Shown one piece after another: positions 12,809 through 24,557 of a stretch of DNA of 64,000 bases (positions are counted from its first letter, which is position 1; the number at the start of each line of letters is the position of its first letter). The position numbers were made by a program, and so were the translations under genes. The notes below the pieces were generated by a model. The model was not told the origin of the DNA. It saw only the letters and a list, made by a program, of their open reading frames with translations, and did no database searches. The DNA comes from Eledone cirrhosa (taxonomy: Eukaryota), in assembly GCA_964016885.1 (NCBI GenBank), contig OZ024745.1, forward strand, positions 99,386,001 to 99,450,000. The letters run 5' to 3'.

Positions 12809-14644
12809 ATGGCGGAAAAGATGGCAGACATGTCTGCCATTAGCTCTGCCACGCCCCCCAAGTCTGAAGAACAAAAAATAATTACAACAAAATTAGACAT
12901 TGAAACAAACAAACAAAATGAAAAAACAAATGTTAAGGAAAATGAGCAAACAGAAAACAAACAAACAGAAAATAATACAAATAACGACAGGGCAACTTTC
13001 GCCCAGAAAACAAAGCAATCCATTACATACACACCAATTGACCTAACTGCCGCCAGAGAAAAACTGGCCGAAGCAAAGAAACATATTGTTTTGGGGGAGA
13101 ACGGAATGTTTTCCATTAACTCCCCCCCAGAATTCAAGAAAGCCAGAGCAGAAAACACAGTTATATACAGAACTATACTAAACCAGTCAAGAAAGCCAGC
13201 ACAGCCCAGCCAAATGGAAATAGAGTTAGTCCTAAAAGACTATATGAAGAATATTCTCTTCATACGAAAGGACCGACTCTATGGCAGCATTTCGGTCCTA
13301 ACAAGAGACAAAGAAACGGCGGTTCAGCTTTCCCTAAGCCCACTCTCGTCGACAACATATAGCTTCTATCCCTCCTACATGGGTAGAAGAACACAGAGGG
13401 TAAAAGTAAAAACAATGCTGCCCACAATGGACTTCTGGTGGGCTATTGCTGGCTTCATTGATATGGGCGAAGACACTATGCTGTCAATGGGGAAGGCAAC
13501 TGGAGATGCGTTCCTGGGAATGGGCCTCGACATACTAGTCCAAATGAGGCCCGAAAGAATAGCACAAATCCCGGATCGCATCTGGCTGGATGACCTTACC
13601 CCAATAGACATAATTGTAGAGGGGAGAAGACCAGCATGCTATTTATGCATGGAAAGGGGACACGTTAAGGCTAACTGCCCGAAACGTATCCCCCAAAAAG
13701 GACTATTGCCCACACCCACCACAAACAGTACACCAGCACCACCCACCTCCAAAAATACACTAATACCACACACAGCAAACAAAATACAGACACCACCAAC
13801 CACAAACACAACACAAACATCACCACCACCAGCACCAAACACAAGCACGACACAAAAATCACCACCACCAACCACAACACAAACATCACCACCACCATTA
13901 CCAACCACAAGCACGACACAAACATTACCACCACCACCACCACAAAACCCATTCCAAACAAATAATAAAAAAAACAGTAACAAATCTACCCCTCCCGCAA
14001 AAAAAAAACAACCACACAACACGTCCCTCCCACCTAGCGCTGAAGAGTTTCCCCCAACTTCTGAAGAAGAAGGAGGAGAAGCCTTCAGACAAGTTAAAAG
14101 AAAAAAAAGAAAACACACACCCAGCACACCACAAATAACCCACACACAAACACCAACTCCAATCAAAAACACCCCACCCTCAACAAACAAAAATAAATCT
14201 GCGCCTCCCCTCTCCGAAACATTGACAGCATCACAAAAAAAGACGTTGCAATACACATATATAAATAAAGAAAACAAAAAACTGGTTAAATTAATAAACA
14301 ATAACCCTATGGTGCAGACCGAAGGGCCAAACTTTATCTCAACAGAGAACTTCACCCATTTAAAAATGATAAAGGTCCCTCTGGACCTTTATCGTTCCTT
14401 AAAAGAACAATTTAGACGGGACGTGAGCCCCCCCTGTTTAAAACCGTTGAATCGCGTCCTCTTGAAAGATTTCCCCATAACCGCCCCTCTCCCTGACACA
14501 ACTCCAAATACCCCAACCCCACCACACACGTGTACCCCCACACCACCACAAAACATCCCTCCACCCAACACACCTGATGCCATGGAAATTACGCAACCCG
14601 GAGAGGTAAGTGCTTTTCTTTCTTCACTTTCAACACCAAAATAG
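12809..14644 (+). CDS. Tx1 ORF1p (CCHC zinc knuckle, Pro/Thr-rich linker, conserved C-terminal domain)
   Basis: Open for about 611 codons from the first ATG. CYLCMERGHVKANC is C-X2-C-X4-H-X4-C. Homologous to the ORF1s at 19574, 60204 and 1-369. Confidence 0.9.
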   Translation: MAEKMADMSAISSATPPKSEEQKIITTKLDIETNKQNEKTNVKENEQTENKQTENNTNNDRATFAQKTKQSITYTPIDLTAAREKLAEAKKHIVLGENGMFSINSPPEFKKARAENTVIYRTILNQSRKPAQPSQMEIELVLKDYMKNILFIRKDRLYGSISVLTRDKETAVQLSLSPLSSTTYSFYPSYMGRRTQRVKVKTMLPTMDFWWAIAGFIDMGEDTMLSMGKATGDAFLGMGLDILVQMRPERIAQIPDRIWLDDLTPIDIIVEGRRPACYLCMERGHVKANCPKRIPQKGLLPTPTTNSTPAPPTSKNTLIPHTANKIQTPPTTNTTQTSPPPAPNTSTTQKSPPPTTTQTSPPPLPTTSTTQTLPPPPPQNPFQTNNKKNSNKSTPPAKKKQPHNTSLPPSAEEFPPTSEEEGGEAFRQVKRKKRKHTPSTPQITHTQTPTPIKNTPPSTNKNKSAPPLSETLTASQKKTLQYTYINKENKKLVKLINNNPMVQTEGPNFISTENFTHLKMIKVPLDLYRSLKEQFRRDVSPPCLKPLNRVLLKDFPITAPLPDTTPNTPTPPHTCTPTPPQNIPPPNTPDAMEITQPGEVSAFLSSLSTPK

Positions 14645-14649
14645 ATCAA

Positions 14650-17600
14650 TTGAGAGTTGGCTGTTTGAACGCGCGTGGCCTGAGCTCAGCTTGGAAGCAA
14701 GCAAAGCTTCTAAGTGACCTCAGGTCACAAAGTATAGATGTGATGGTTGTTTGCGAGAGTCGGATCAGCAGCGTGAGACAGCTGGCGCCCGCCTTCGATG
14801 ACTTTGAGATGCACGCATCTCTCTGTCAACCCGGAGGCGGGGGGGGAGTTGCCGTACTGCTGGATAAACGTCTGACTCTCGACGTACAGATTGTTCACTC
14901 GGACCCGGGGGGTCGATTACTGGTGCTGGACGTCGGAGGTGGTGAAGGCGGGGCTTTCAGACTGGTCGGTCTTTATGCTCCCTTCGGGGCGGAGAGAGCC
15001 GACTTCTTCCAACGTCTGGAGACTTTTCTAGGAACGTCGCGTTCCCTGCTTTTAGTGGGGGACTGGAATGGAATCCTAGATGCGCGTTGGGACTATGCAG
15101 GGGCATGTCCCGATAGAGGGGGGTGTAGCAGCCTCAAGGGGTTACTCGATCGATTCGACCTGGTCGATAGATTTCGACTAGATTGTCCAACTGCGCCAAC
15201 CTGGACCTGGGCAAACCGCAGTGGACAATCTAGATCGTACCTAGATAGGTTTTTGGTTAGGAGTAAGGATAGGGACGTATTTAGTTGTCCAGAACTGATC
15301 ATGGTTGGCTATTCAGATCACAAATTAGTGACCTGCGTGGTCAACCTTGATAGAACGCATAGACAGGGTCCCGGTTACTGGAAGATGAACTTGTCCTTAC
15401 CGACAAAGAAAGATTACAGAAACCGGATTAGTAGCTTAGTTAAGATGCGGTTGACGGGAGCGATCGTCAACAGTAGGTGGTGGATATCTCTAAAGAGAGA
15501 GATTAGAGTAAGTTCGATAGGTTACAGTAAGGAACTAGCGGCGAATAGAAATAGGAGGGAAAGGGAGTTAACAGATAAACTAGAAGAGGCGATTAGGAGC
15601 GGAGACGTAGCCAGAGTGTTAGCGACGAGAACGGCATTGAGCCAGTTCTTTGACGCGAAGCACGAAGGCTGCGTTGTCCGAAGTAAAATACGTGCTTTAG
15701 GAAACGAGGGGACCAAAGCTGTTAGCTGGGCCCGCGTGACAGAAGCCAAGAGTGGGATTAAATCCACCATTCGGTCTTTGCGAGACCAGGATGGACGGGT
15801 GATCCTTGAACCTGAGCGAATGTGCGAGACCTTTCAAAGGCACTTTGCTCGACTGTTCGGAGGTGGCGGGGGGCCGGACGGGGATGTGGACTTCGGTCCA
15901 TACCTCGACGGTCTACCGCGTCTTTCGAGCGGCGAAGCGGAGTGCTGCGAAGGGCCAATCACAGCCACTGAAATCGGGGAAGCGCTCAGCCAATGCAGCA
16001 GACGCAAATCCCCGGGTCTCGATGGTCTACCATACGAACTTTATTTAGCTATGCCGGTCTTGTTCTCCGAACTCCTCGAGGCTGTCTATTGCAACTGGCA
16101 ACAGAACGGGAGAATTCCCTGTTCTGTGACCAAGGGCGTGGTCACGCTAGTGAGGAAGGACGAGAGCAAGGGGGACGACTTAAGTAACTTTAGGCCCATA
16201 ACTCTGCTGAATGCAGAGTTACAGATTTTGGCCAAGGTGTTGGCGAAGAGGTTGGCGCTTGTGGTGGGTGGTTTGGTGGGAGACGCGCAGACATGCGCTA
16301 TCCCGTCCAGGTCCATTCACGACAACCTCCACCTCATGCGATACATCATAGAGAGGGTTGGCTACGAACCCGGCTTTGGTGGGGCCCTGATCAACTTGGA
16401 TCAATCTAAGGCGTTCGATAGGGTCGACCATGGTTACCTGGATGCGGTGCTAGCGGCGGCGGGCTTCGGACCCGTTTTCAGGGGCTGGATTTCTGCCATG
16501 CACAGTGGCAACATCTACTCTAGGATTAAAGTAAACGGCTACCTCTCGGAGCCGTTTCAAATCACCCGATCCATCAGACAGGGGTGCCCCCTCTCCTCCC
16601 TTCTGTACGTATTGACTCTCGAGCCACTGCTGCGGAAGTTGGAGTTGCTGCGGGGCATACCCCTGGAACCGGGATTGCACAAAGCGGTCTCGGCCTATGC
16701 CGACGACGTAACAGTAATGGTGGCGGACGCCTCGGAAATCGGGGCGATCGCCACCCTACTGGAGGAATACGAAAGGCTGACGGGGGCTAAGCTGAACCAG
16801 GACAAGTCAGTCGGTTTGCAACTCGGAACGTGGAGGGGCAAACCGATGCCGTTAGACGGTGTCGTCGGGCGGTGGACGGAGGGCCCGGTGAAGCTGCTCG
16901 GGGTCTGGTTCGGACCGGACCTCCAGGTGGAGAAGAATTGGGGCGAGGTGACGAGCAGGGTGTTTGCGCTGACCCAGAAGTGGGCCAAGTGCAAACTATC
17001 ACTGAAAGGTCGGGCGGAGGTGACGAACGCTTACATAGCGTCCGTCATCTACTACCGCCTGACCGTCGTGCCTTGCCCCAAGGAAAAGCTCACCATCATG
17101 GAACGCATGCTCTTCCAGTTCCTCTGGAAGAAGCGGCCTCCCATGGTGAGGAGATCCATCTGCTGCCAGCACCCTTCGAAAGGAGGGCTGGGTATGCCGT
17201 GGCTGTTGATGCGTAGGCACGCATTGAGGCTACGGCATCTACAGGTATTCCTCAACGGTCAGCCGGTGTGGGCCCCGTTTGTGAGGCGAGCCTTCCCACA
17301 GCTCGTCTCGCTCACCGAACTGCAATCCTGGGTGAAGCAAAGACCGAGAAAACTGGGCAACTGGCACACTGAGTGTGCCCAGGCGCTCACGGCTATCTGG
17401 CAAGCGGACCCGACTGTCAGTGGAGAATCCACCTCGACATTCTATAGAGGGTTGGTGGCTAGCAGGGGCGACGACACCCTTGGAGAGTCGCTAGGCATGG
17501 AGGAGGACGAACTGGCCAGCCTGTTCGGTAGAACTTTCGGCCCGGGACCCATGGACAACTTCCAGAGGTCCCTAGCCTGGCAGTGTTACCGGGGGGCTCT

Positions 17601-18078
17601 GCCCGTTCGAGAAAAGCTCTACAGACACGGGCGCCCGGGCAGGGATCCCGCGAAAAAGATCTGTCCCAGATGCGTGCGCGACGAGGAAACCGTTGCGCAT
17701 GCACTGGTACACTGCCCGGGCGTTGCCGATCTGTGGGGCTACGTCGAACGACTGCTGTCGCGTGTGGCGCCGATTCGATTAACCGCCGAGTCTGTGGTGA
17801 ACATCAAGCCGCCTCCTCCCTTCAGAAATGAAGCAGAGGTGGTCTTTCTGTGCGTAATAGCCATGATGAAAGAGGTTGTGTGGTGGACGCGCCTGAAAGG
17901 TCTGAGGTCGGGTGACTTTCTCTCCGGCCATCACCTGGTTTACTTCTTCCGATACCACTTCGGAAGAAGAATCAGGATGGAGAGAGAAGTGCTTGGTCCC
18001 AGACAGTTTTATGAAAGGTGGGTGAAAGAAGCGAGAATGGCCCGTGTAAATGGGCCTTCTCTCTACATTGTTCTGTAG
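14650..18078 (+). CDS. Tx1 ORF2p: APE endonuclease, reverse transcriptase, C-terminal zinc finger
   Basis: 1142 aa with no interruption. APE motifs LNARGL, GDWN, SYLDRF and SDH; RT motifs KSPGLDG, FRPITLLN, LDQSKAFDRV, RQGCPLS and YADD; zinc finger CPRC...ETVAHALVHC. The position homologous to the ATG of other copies is ATA (14641). Confidence 0.95.
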   Translation: MRVGCLNARGLSSAWKQAKLLSDLRSQSIDVMVVCESRISSVRQLAPAFDDFEMHASLCQPGGGGGVAVLLDKRLTLDVQIVHSDPGGRLLVLDVGGGEGGAFRLVGLYAPFGAERADFFQRLETFLGTSRSLLLVGDWNGILDARWDYAGACPDRGGCSSLKGLLDRFDLVDRFRLDCPTAPTWTWANRSGQSRSYLDRFLVRSKDRDVFSCPELIMVGYSDHKLVTCVVNLDRTHRQGPGYWKMNLSLPTKKDYRNRISSLVKMRLTGAIVNSRWWISLKREIRVSSIGYSKELAANRNRRERELTDKLEEAIRSGDVARVLATRTALSQFFDAKHEGCVVRSKIRALGNEGTKAVSWARVTEAKSGIKSTIRSLRDQDGRVILEPERMCETFQRHFARLFGGGGGPDGDVDFGPYLDGLPRLSSGEAECCEGPITATEIGEALSQCSRRKSPGLDGLPYELYLAMPVLFSELLEAVYCNWQQNGRIPCSVTKGVVTLVRKDESKGDDLSNFRPITLLNAELQILAKVLAKRLALVVGGLVGDAQTCAIPSRSIHDNLHLMRYIIERVGYEPGFGGALINLDQSKAFDRVDHGYLDAVLAAAGFGPVFRGWISAMHSGNIYSRIKVNGYLSEPFQITRSIRQGCPLSSLLYVLTLEPLLRKLELLRGIPLEPGLHKAVSAYADDVTVMVADASEIGAIATLLEEYERLTGAKLNQDKSVGLQLGTWRGKPMPLDGVVGRWTEGPVKLLGVWFGPDLQVEKNWGEVTSRVFALTQKWAKCKLSLKGRAEVTNAYIASVIYYRLTVVPCPKEKLTIMERMLFQFLWKKRPPMVRRSICCQHPSKGGLGMPWLLMRRHALRLRHLQVFLNGQPVWAPFVRRAFPQLVSLTELQSWVKQRPRKLGNWHTECAQALTAIWQADPTVSGESTSTFYRGLVASRGDDTLGESLGMEEDELASLFGRTFGPGPMDNFQRSLAWQCYRGALPVREKLYRHGRPGRDPAKKICPRCVRDEETVAHALVHCPGVADLWGYVERLLSRVAPIRLTAESVVNIKPPPPFRNEAEVVFLCVIAMMKEVVWWTRLKGLRSGDFLSGHHLVYFFRYHFGRRIRMEREVLGPRQFYERWVKEARMARVNGPSLYIVL

Positions 18079-18309
18079 GTGAAGAAGTGAAGAGGAAAGG
18101 GGGAGCGCCTCCTCTCTGGGCTTCCCCCGCGAAAAGAGTTGCACACTTTTCGGGGGTATGTGCAATCCCCAACACGCCCCCTCCCTTTTGAGGACTTTTT
18201 ATTGTTATATTATTATTGTTATTCCTTTTTTCTTTACTCGATTTATGTAAACTCCCCCACTGTGTAAATGTCCCCTTCTTTTGTGCCCTCGTGGCAAATA
18301 AATAGAAAT

Positions 18310-18378
<69 letters not shown>

Positions 18379-19342
18379 ACCTCGAGTGCCTTCAGGCACC
18401 CAGCCCTCTACCAAGCGGAAACGGCAATCAGCGGAGACTCCACTTCGACATTCTATAGGGAATTAGTGGAGGATAAGTGCGACGACGTTTTCGGGGAAAT
18501 TCTAGGCATCGAGGAGGACGAACTGACCAGTCTGTTCGGGAGGACTTTCCGTCCAGGGCCTATGGATAACTTCAAGAGGTCTCTGGCCTGGCAGTGCTAC
18601 CGAAGAGCTCTACTAGTTCGAGACAAAATCTACAGGCACGGACGCCCTGGCATGAGCCTGCCAAAGGTCCTGTCCAAGATGCGAGCAGGACATCGAAACC
18701 GTTCTGCACGCAATTGTTTAGTGCTCAGGGGTGACCGACCTGTGGAATTATGTCGAACAGCTACTGTCATGTGTGGGACGCATCCAGTTGTCAGCCGAGT
18801 CCATCGTGAGGATCACCCCGCCGCCTTCATTTAAGAATGAAAGAGAGGCGGTTTTCCTCTGTCTGGTGGCTATGGCGAAAGAGGTAATATGGTGGACGAG
18901 GTTAAAAGGACTGAGGGCAAACACCTTTCTCTCCGAACAACAACTTACCCCCTTCTTTAAGTACCACTTCAGAAGGAAGGTGAGTGGAGAGAGAGGTACT
19001 GTACCCCCAGTAAATTCGCTGAAAGATGGGTGAATGTGGCGAAAATGGCCCGAGTGAATGGGCCTTTTCTGTATATAAACCTGTAGGTTGAGGAAGATAA
19101 ACAGAGGGAAGACGGGAGCACCTACAAAACGTGTTTCTGGTGTTGAGGGTTGTTCTATCCACGGAGTGTAAAACAGCCCCGCAGTAGCGTCCCCACCCCC
19201 TCAATGGGGATTTCATTTGTTTTATTTTTATATAGTTTATTGTTATTTATGTAGTTTATTGTTAAAGATTTTATATAAAAACCCCGCCGTCACGTCATGT
19301 AATGTCTCATTTTTGCGTACCCCTGTGGCAAATAAAGAAAGA
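18379..19342 (+). mobile_element. 5'-truncated Tx1 (copy B, degenerate ORF2 C-terminus and 3'UTR)
   Basis: STSTFYRELV...PGPMDNFKRSLAWQCY...KEVIWWTRLKG, ending gcaaataaagaaaga then (TATC)n. Confidence 0.92.
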
Positions 19343-19355
19343 TATCTATCTATCT

Positions 19356-22300
19356 CTTTCTCGCCTTTTGCTTGACGCGTGGAAGATCGCCGGTAAGATT
19401 TTTTGTAAATTTATATACGAAAAACAGAACAAATTGTTTGAAAAAACATATTATTTTGTAGATTAACCCCAAGCTGAATTGTCAGCCGGGTGGTAATCCC
19501 ATTTTCGCCCCTTTAGGAGCGAAAATTTAATTTAAAATTGTTTTAAAATATCAAATTTTGCCAACTATAAAACATGAATAACACGAAAGGAACGCTGGAG
19601 AACGTCGACAGAGAAAAGAGAGAGAAAGAGGCAGATTTTAATGTTATATCTGCTTCTGTTACTATGGACGTCGCCATAGATACGACTGTCAACAAAGGGG
19701 AAAAAATATTACCACTTGAAGATTGTACAATTTCTACCGTCGAAGCGGCGAAAAATGAAAACACAGGAATTAAACCTTTTAATATACATATACATGAAAA
19801 AAACAACATCAACAACTCCACAGATACATCTACACATAAAGTTTCACCTCGTCAAGGAACTGAGATTTCCAACACCGAAGCTAACAACGATAACAACAAC
19901 AACAACAACAGCAACACCACACAAAAGAAAATGTCTTTCGCTGAAACAGTGAACAAAAAACAAGATTTTATAAATCTTGACATCGCCAATGCAAGAGATA
20001 TGCTCCAGCAAGGGAGAAAATTTGTAACTTTCGAAGAGAAGGGTAGGTTTAGAATTAACTCACCCCTTGAAATAAAAGAAGACACAGTTCGTAGGACAGT
20101 GACCTTTAGGACTGTATCCAATACCACGAGAAAGCCTATATTTGTTAGTCAAGGAGATATAGAAGATACCTTGAAGGAAATTCTAGCAAATATCGAATTT
20201 CTCCAACGAGGAAAACAGTACGGAAGTGTTTCCGTACTGTTTAAAAGCGAGGCACTCGCCCAAAAACATTCTGTGACATCAATAGTGTCAAAAGCATTCA
20301 CCTTTTTCCCTACATACATGGGAAAAAGGACACAAAAAAAAATATATATATATATACCCCCCCCCCCCAACATTAACATCTGGTGGATTTTGACTGGCTT
20401 CGTAGAGTCAGAAACTGATATGATTCTTTCGATACGAAAGTCTATTCGACAAAGGTGGGCGGGTACTGATTTGGAGATTCTGTTGCAAATAAGGCCGGAG
20501 AGAATCTCCAAAATACCCGAAAGAGTCGTCATCGACGACAACAACAAAATAAACATTTCGGTAGAAGAATGAAAAATTCATTGCTTTCGCTGGGGTAGAA
20601 CAGCACCCCTAAAAGCCTCCTGTCCTTCACAAACACACCACAACAACATCATTAAAAAAACACTATTATCAACACCAACACCAAAACAACCACCACCACC
20701 ACAAGTACAACGACAAACGAAACGAGCAACCACACCAAAACAAACAGCCACTCAACCAACAACAACAGAAAAAACAGAGACAACACCCCTGAAGAACACA
20801 TCCCCACCTCATCCGACTCCATCAAACACTACCTCAAACACACACACCGAAACACCACCACCACACAACATACCCCTACCCCACACTTCTGACGATGATT
20901 ATTCATCGACGGATGAAGCTGCTTCTCCTTCTTTAAGTGAAGAAGAGGGAGAGCCGCGGAAATCTAAAAAACAAAAAAAGAGACACCACAAAACCCCCAA
21001 AACACCAATCACCAACACCAACCCACAACCACAGACACAAACAAAAACAAAAACAACACCACAACCAAACCTCCCCCTACCAACCAAACAAACATCAACA
21101 CCACCCCAAACACAAAAAGAAAACTCACAGACGAACAACAAACTAAAACAACACAACCAAAACAAAATCAACAATATACATACATCAACACCAACCACAA
21201 ACAATTGATGGAGGTCATCTCACAGGACCCCAAAGTGGAAACTGAGGGGAAAACTTTTGTAAAAGTAGACTCTCAACCACACCTAAAACTAATAAGGGTT
21301 TTGATAGAAACCTATCAGATATTGAAAGAACAGTTTTCGCAGGATGTTGGCAACCCCTGTCAAAAACCTATCAACCGCATCTTATTAAAATGTTTCCCCA
21401 CCCCACCCAACGCCACCACCATAACTGAAATGGAGTTTGAACAACCCGATCTCCAAGAAACGAAAAGGTAAGTGCACCTTTTCGTCCTTTTCGCCAACTC
21501 TTCTCCACCAACATGGCTGACTTACGAGTTGGAAGCGTGAATGTGCCTGGCCTAGGGATGCCCTGGAAACAGGGCCAACTTTTAAACGACCTTAGGTCAC
21601 ACGGTATAGATGTAATAGCCATCACCGAGTCCAGGATCCACAACAGGCAGCAACTAACTCCCATCTTCAATGACTTTGAGATCTACGCATCTCTCTGTCA
21701 GCCGGGAGGTGTAGGGGTGGGGGTGACTGTTATCTTTCGAAAAAACCTCGATCTCGAAGTACAGCAAGTACACTTGGACCCGGGGGGTAGACTGGTGGTC
21801 CTTAATGTGAACAGTATTGGAGGTGGAGCCTTCAGACTGGTGGCCGCTTATGCCCCGACCGGGCAATCACAAACGCGGCCAGACTTCTTTAAACGTCTAG
21901 AGTCTTTTCTGGGAACGTCTCGCTCCTTGCTTTTAGTGGGGGACTGCAATGGTATCCTAGATGCACGATGGGACTATGTAGGATCATGTCCCAGTAGAGG
22001 GGGGTGCAACAGCCTCAAACCTTTAATCGGCCAATTCCAACTGGCCGATAGGTATCGACTGGATTTCCCGACTGCACCACAGTAGACGTGGGCAAACCGC
22101 AGCGGGACATCTAGATCGTATTTAGATAGGTTCTTCATTAGAGAAAGGGACAAGGAGATGTTAAGCAGTCCACGAATGCACATGGTTGCCTATTCAGATC
22201 ACAAATTAGTCGTGTGCATAGACAAACGTGATAGAACACATAGACAGGGACCCGGTTACTGGAAGCCAAACGTGTCGTAAAGCTTACAGTGAACGGATAA

Positions 22301-24523
22301 GTAGACTAGTCAAGCAACAGTTAACGGAAGCCATCGTCAACAATAGATGGTGGTACTCTCTCAAGAAAGCAATTAGAGTAGAATCGATAGGGTTTAGCAG
22401 AGAGTTAGCTTTAGAGAAAAACAAAATAGAAAGAGAACTAGTAGCCAAGGTAGAGGAGGCACTTAGAAGTGGCAACGTAGCTAGAGTGTTAGCGTCGAGA
22501 ACGGCACTGGACCAGTTCTTCGACGCAAAAGACGAAGGCTGCGTGGTCAGAAGCAAAACACGTGCTCTAGGAAACGAAGGAACGAAAGCTGTCAGCTGGG
22601 CCCGAGTGGCGGAGGCAAAAGTGGCAACAAGTCCACGATTCGGTCTTTGAAAGACCAAAACGGACGCGTGCTACTTGACCCCAAGCAAATGTGCGTGGCC
22701 TTTCAGCACCACTTTGCGCGACTGTTTGAGCAGAACGACGGTGAGCCGAAAGCGGCTTGCCGCGTCTCTACGGACGCCGAGTTCTGCGAAAGACCGATCA
22801 CGGACACTGAGATACGGGACGGTCTGGGCCGCTGCGGGAAACGCAAGTCACCCGGTCTTGATGGTCTAACCTATGAGTTTTACATAGGCATGCCGGACTT
22901 GTTCTCTGGCATCCATCTAGAACCGGGACTGCACAAAGCGGCGTCGGCTTATGCCGATGACGTGACGGTAATGGTGTCAAGCACCTCGGAAATTGGGGTG
23001 ATCGACAACTTACTGAAAGAATACGAAACGCTGACGGGAGAAAAAGTAAACCCGGACAAGTCTGTCGGTCTGCAACTCAGAACGTGGAGAGGCAAACCGA
23101 TGACGTCCGACAGCGTCGTTGGACGCTGGACTGACGGACCGGTGAAATTGCTCGGGGTCTGGTTCGGTCCAGACCTCCAGGTGCAGAAAAACTGGAACGA
23201 GGTCACGGCCAATGTGTTTGCGCTCACCCAGAAGTGGGCAAAGTGCAAACTGTCCTTGAAAAATCGAGTGGAGGTGGCGAACACTTTCATAGCGTCTGTC
23301 ATCTACTACCGCTTGACTGTCGTGCCTTGTCCCCGTGAACACCTCGCCAAGATGGAACGCATGCTCTTCCAGTTTCTGTGGAGGAAGCAGGCTCCGCTGG
23401 TGAGGAGATCCGTCTGCTGTCAGCACCCTTCCAACGGAGGGCTGGGAATGCCGTGGCTGATGATGCGCAAACATGCGCTGAGGCTGCGGCATCTCCAGGT
23501 ATTCCTCACCGACCCCCCAACGGGTTTGTGAGACAGGCTTTCCCACAGCTCGTCTCGCTGACGGAGCTGCAGTCCTGGGTCAAGAAAAGACCGAAAACAT
23601 TGAATGCGCTCAGGCGCTCACAGTCTTCTGGCAAGCAGGCGCAGCAATCAGTGGAGACTCCACTTCGACATTCTATAGAGGGATTGTACGTTACAAGGGC
23701 GACGACGTGCTCGGAGAGACTCTGGGCGTCGAAGACGATGAGCTCATCAGTCTGTTTGGTAGGACTTTCCGCCCGGGACCTATGGACAACTTCCAGAGGT
23801 CCCTGGCCTGGCAGTGCTACCGAGGAGCTCTACCAATTCGTGACAAGATCTACAGGCACGGACGCCCCGGCAGGGATCCTTCCAAGAGGACGTGTCTAAG
23901 ATGCGCGCAGGACATTGAAACCGTCCTGCACGCAATTGTTCACTGCCCGGGCGTAACCGACCTGTGGAACTATGCAGAACAACTGCTGTTGCGTATGGGA
24001 CAAATCCAGTTGACTGCCGAGTCCATAGTAAGGATCAAACCGCCAGCCTCTTTCGAAAACGAAAGAGAGGTGGTTTTCCTCTGTACAGTGGCTATGGTGA
24101 AAGAGGTTATATGGTGGACGAGATTGATTGTCTCCGGACAACAATTGATTCCCTTCTTTAAGTATCACTTTAGAAGGAGAATCAGAGTGGAGAGAGAGGC
24201 ACTGCACCCCAGTAAATTTACTAAAAGGTGGGTGAACGAAGCGAAAATGGCCCGAGTGATTGGGCCTTCTCTGTTTATAAGCCTGTAGGTTGAAGAAGAG
24301 AGCAAAAGGAAGAAAGGATCACTTGCACAACACGCTCCTGGAGTTGAGGGTTGTTCTATCGACGGGGTAATAAACAACCCTTTTGTGGCGCTTCCCCCCT
24401 ATTAGGGATTTCGATTGTTGTAATTGTTTGTTTTATATTTTTTACACGATTGTATGTAAAATCCCCGGCATGTCTTTGTATTGTCCCCTTTTCCTGTGCG
24501 CTCTTGTGTCAAATAAAGAAATA
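19356..24523 (+). mobile_element. Near full-length Tx1 (copy C) with stops, frameshifts and a ~600-bp RT deletion
   Basis: ORF1 remnants at 19574-21471; ORF2 starts at ATG 21513. The junction MPDLFSG|IHLEPG near 22910 removes most of the RT. Ends aataaagaaata then (TATC)n. Confidence 0.92.
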
Positions 24524-24557
24524 TATCCATCTATCTATCTAATTATCTATCTATCTA

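Larger units (their letters stand above)
12607..18310 (+). mobile_element. Full-length Tx1-group L1 retrotransposon (copy A)
   Basis: 5'UTR, ORF1, ORF2 and a 3'UTR ending AATAAA that runs directly into (TATC)n. It is bounded by (TATC)n on both sides. Confidence 0.95.

Noticed and set aside
13639-14355. 238-aa hydrophobic minus-strand ORF (and similar ones at 60743-61636 and 20899-21204)
   Set aside because: These are antisense shadows of the A/C-rich ORF1 linker.
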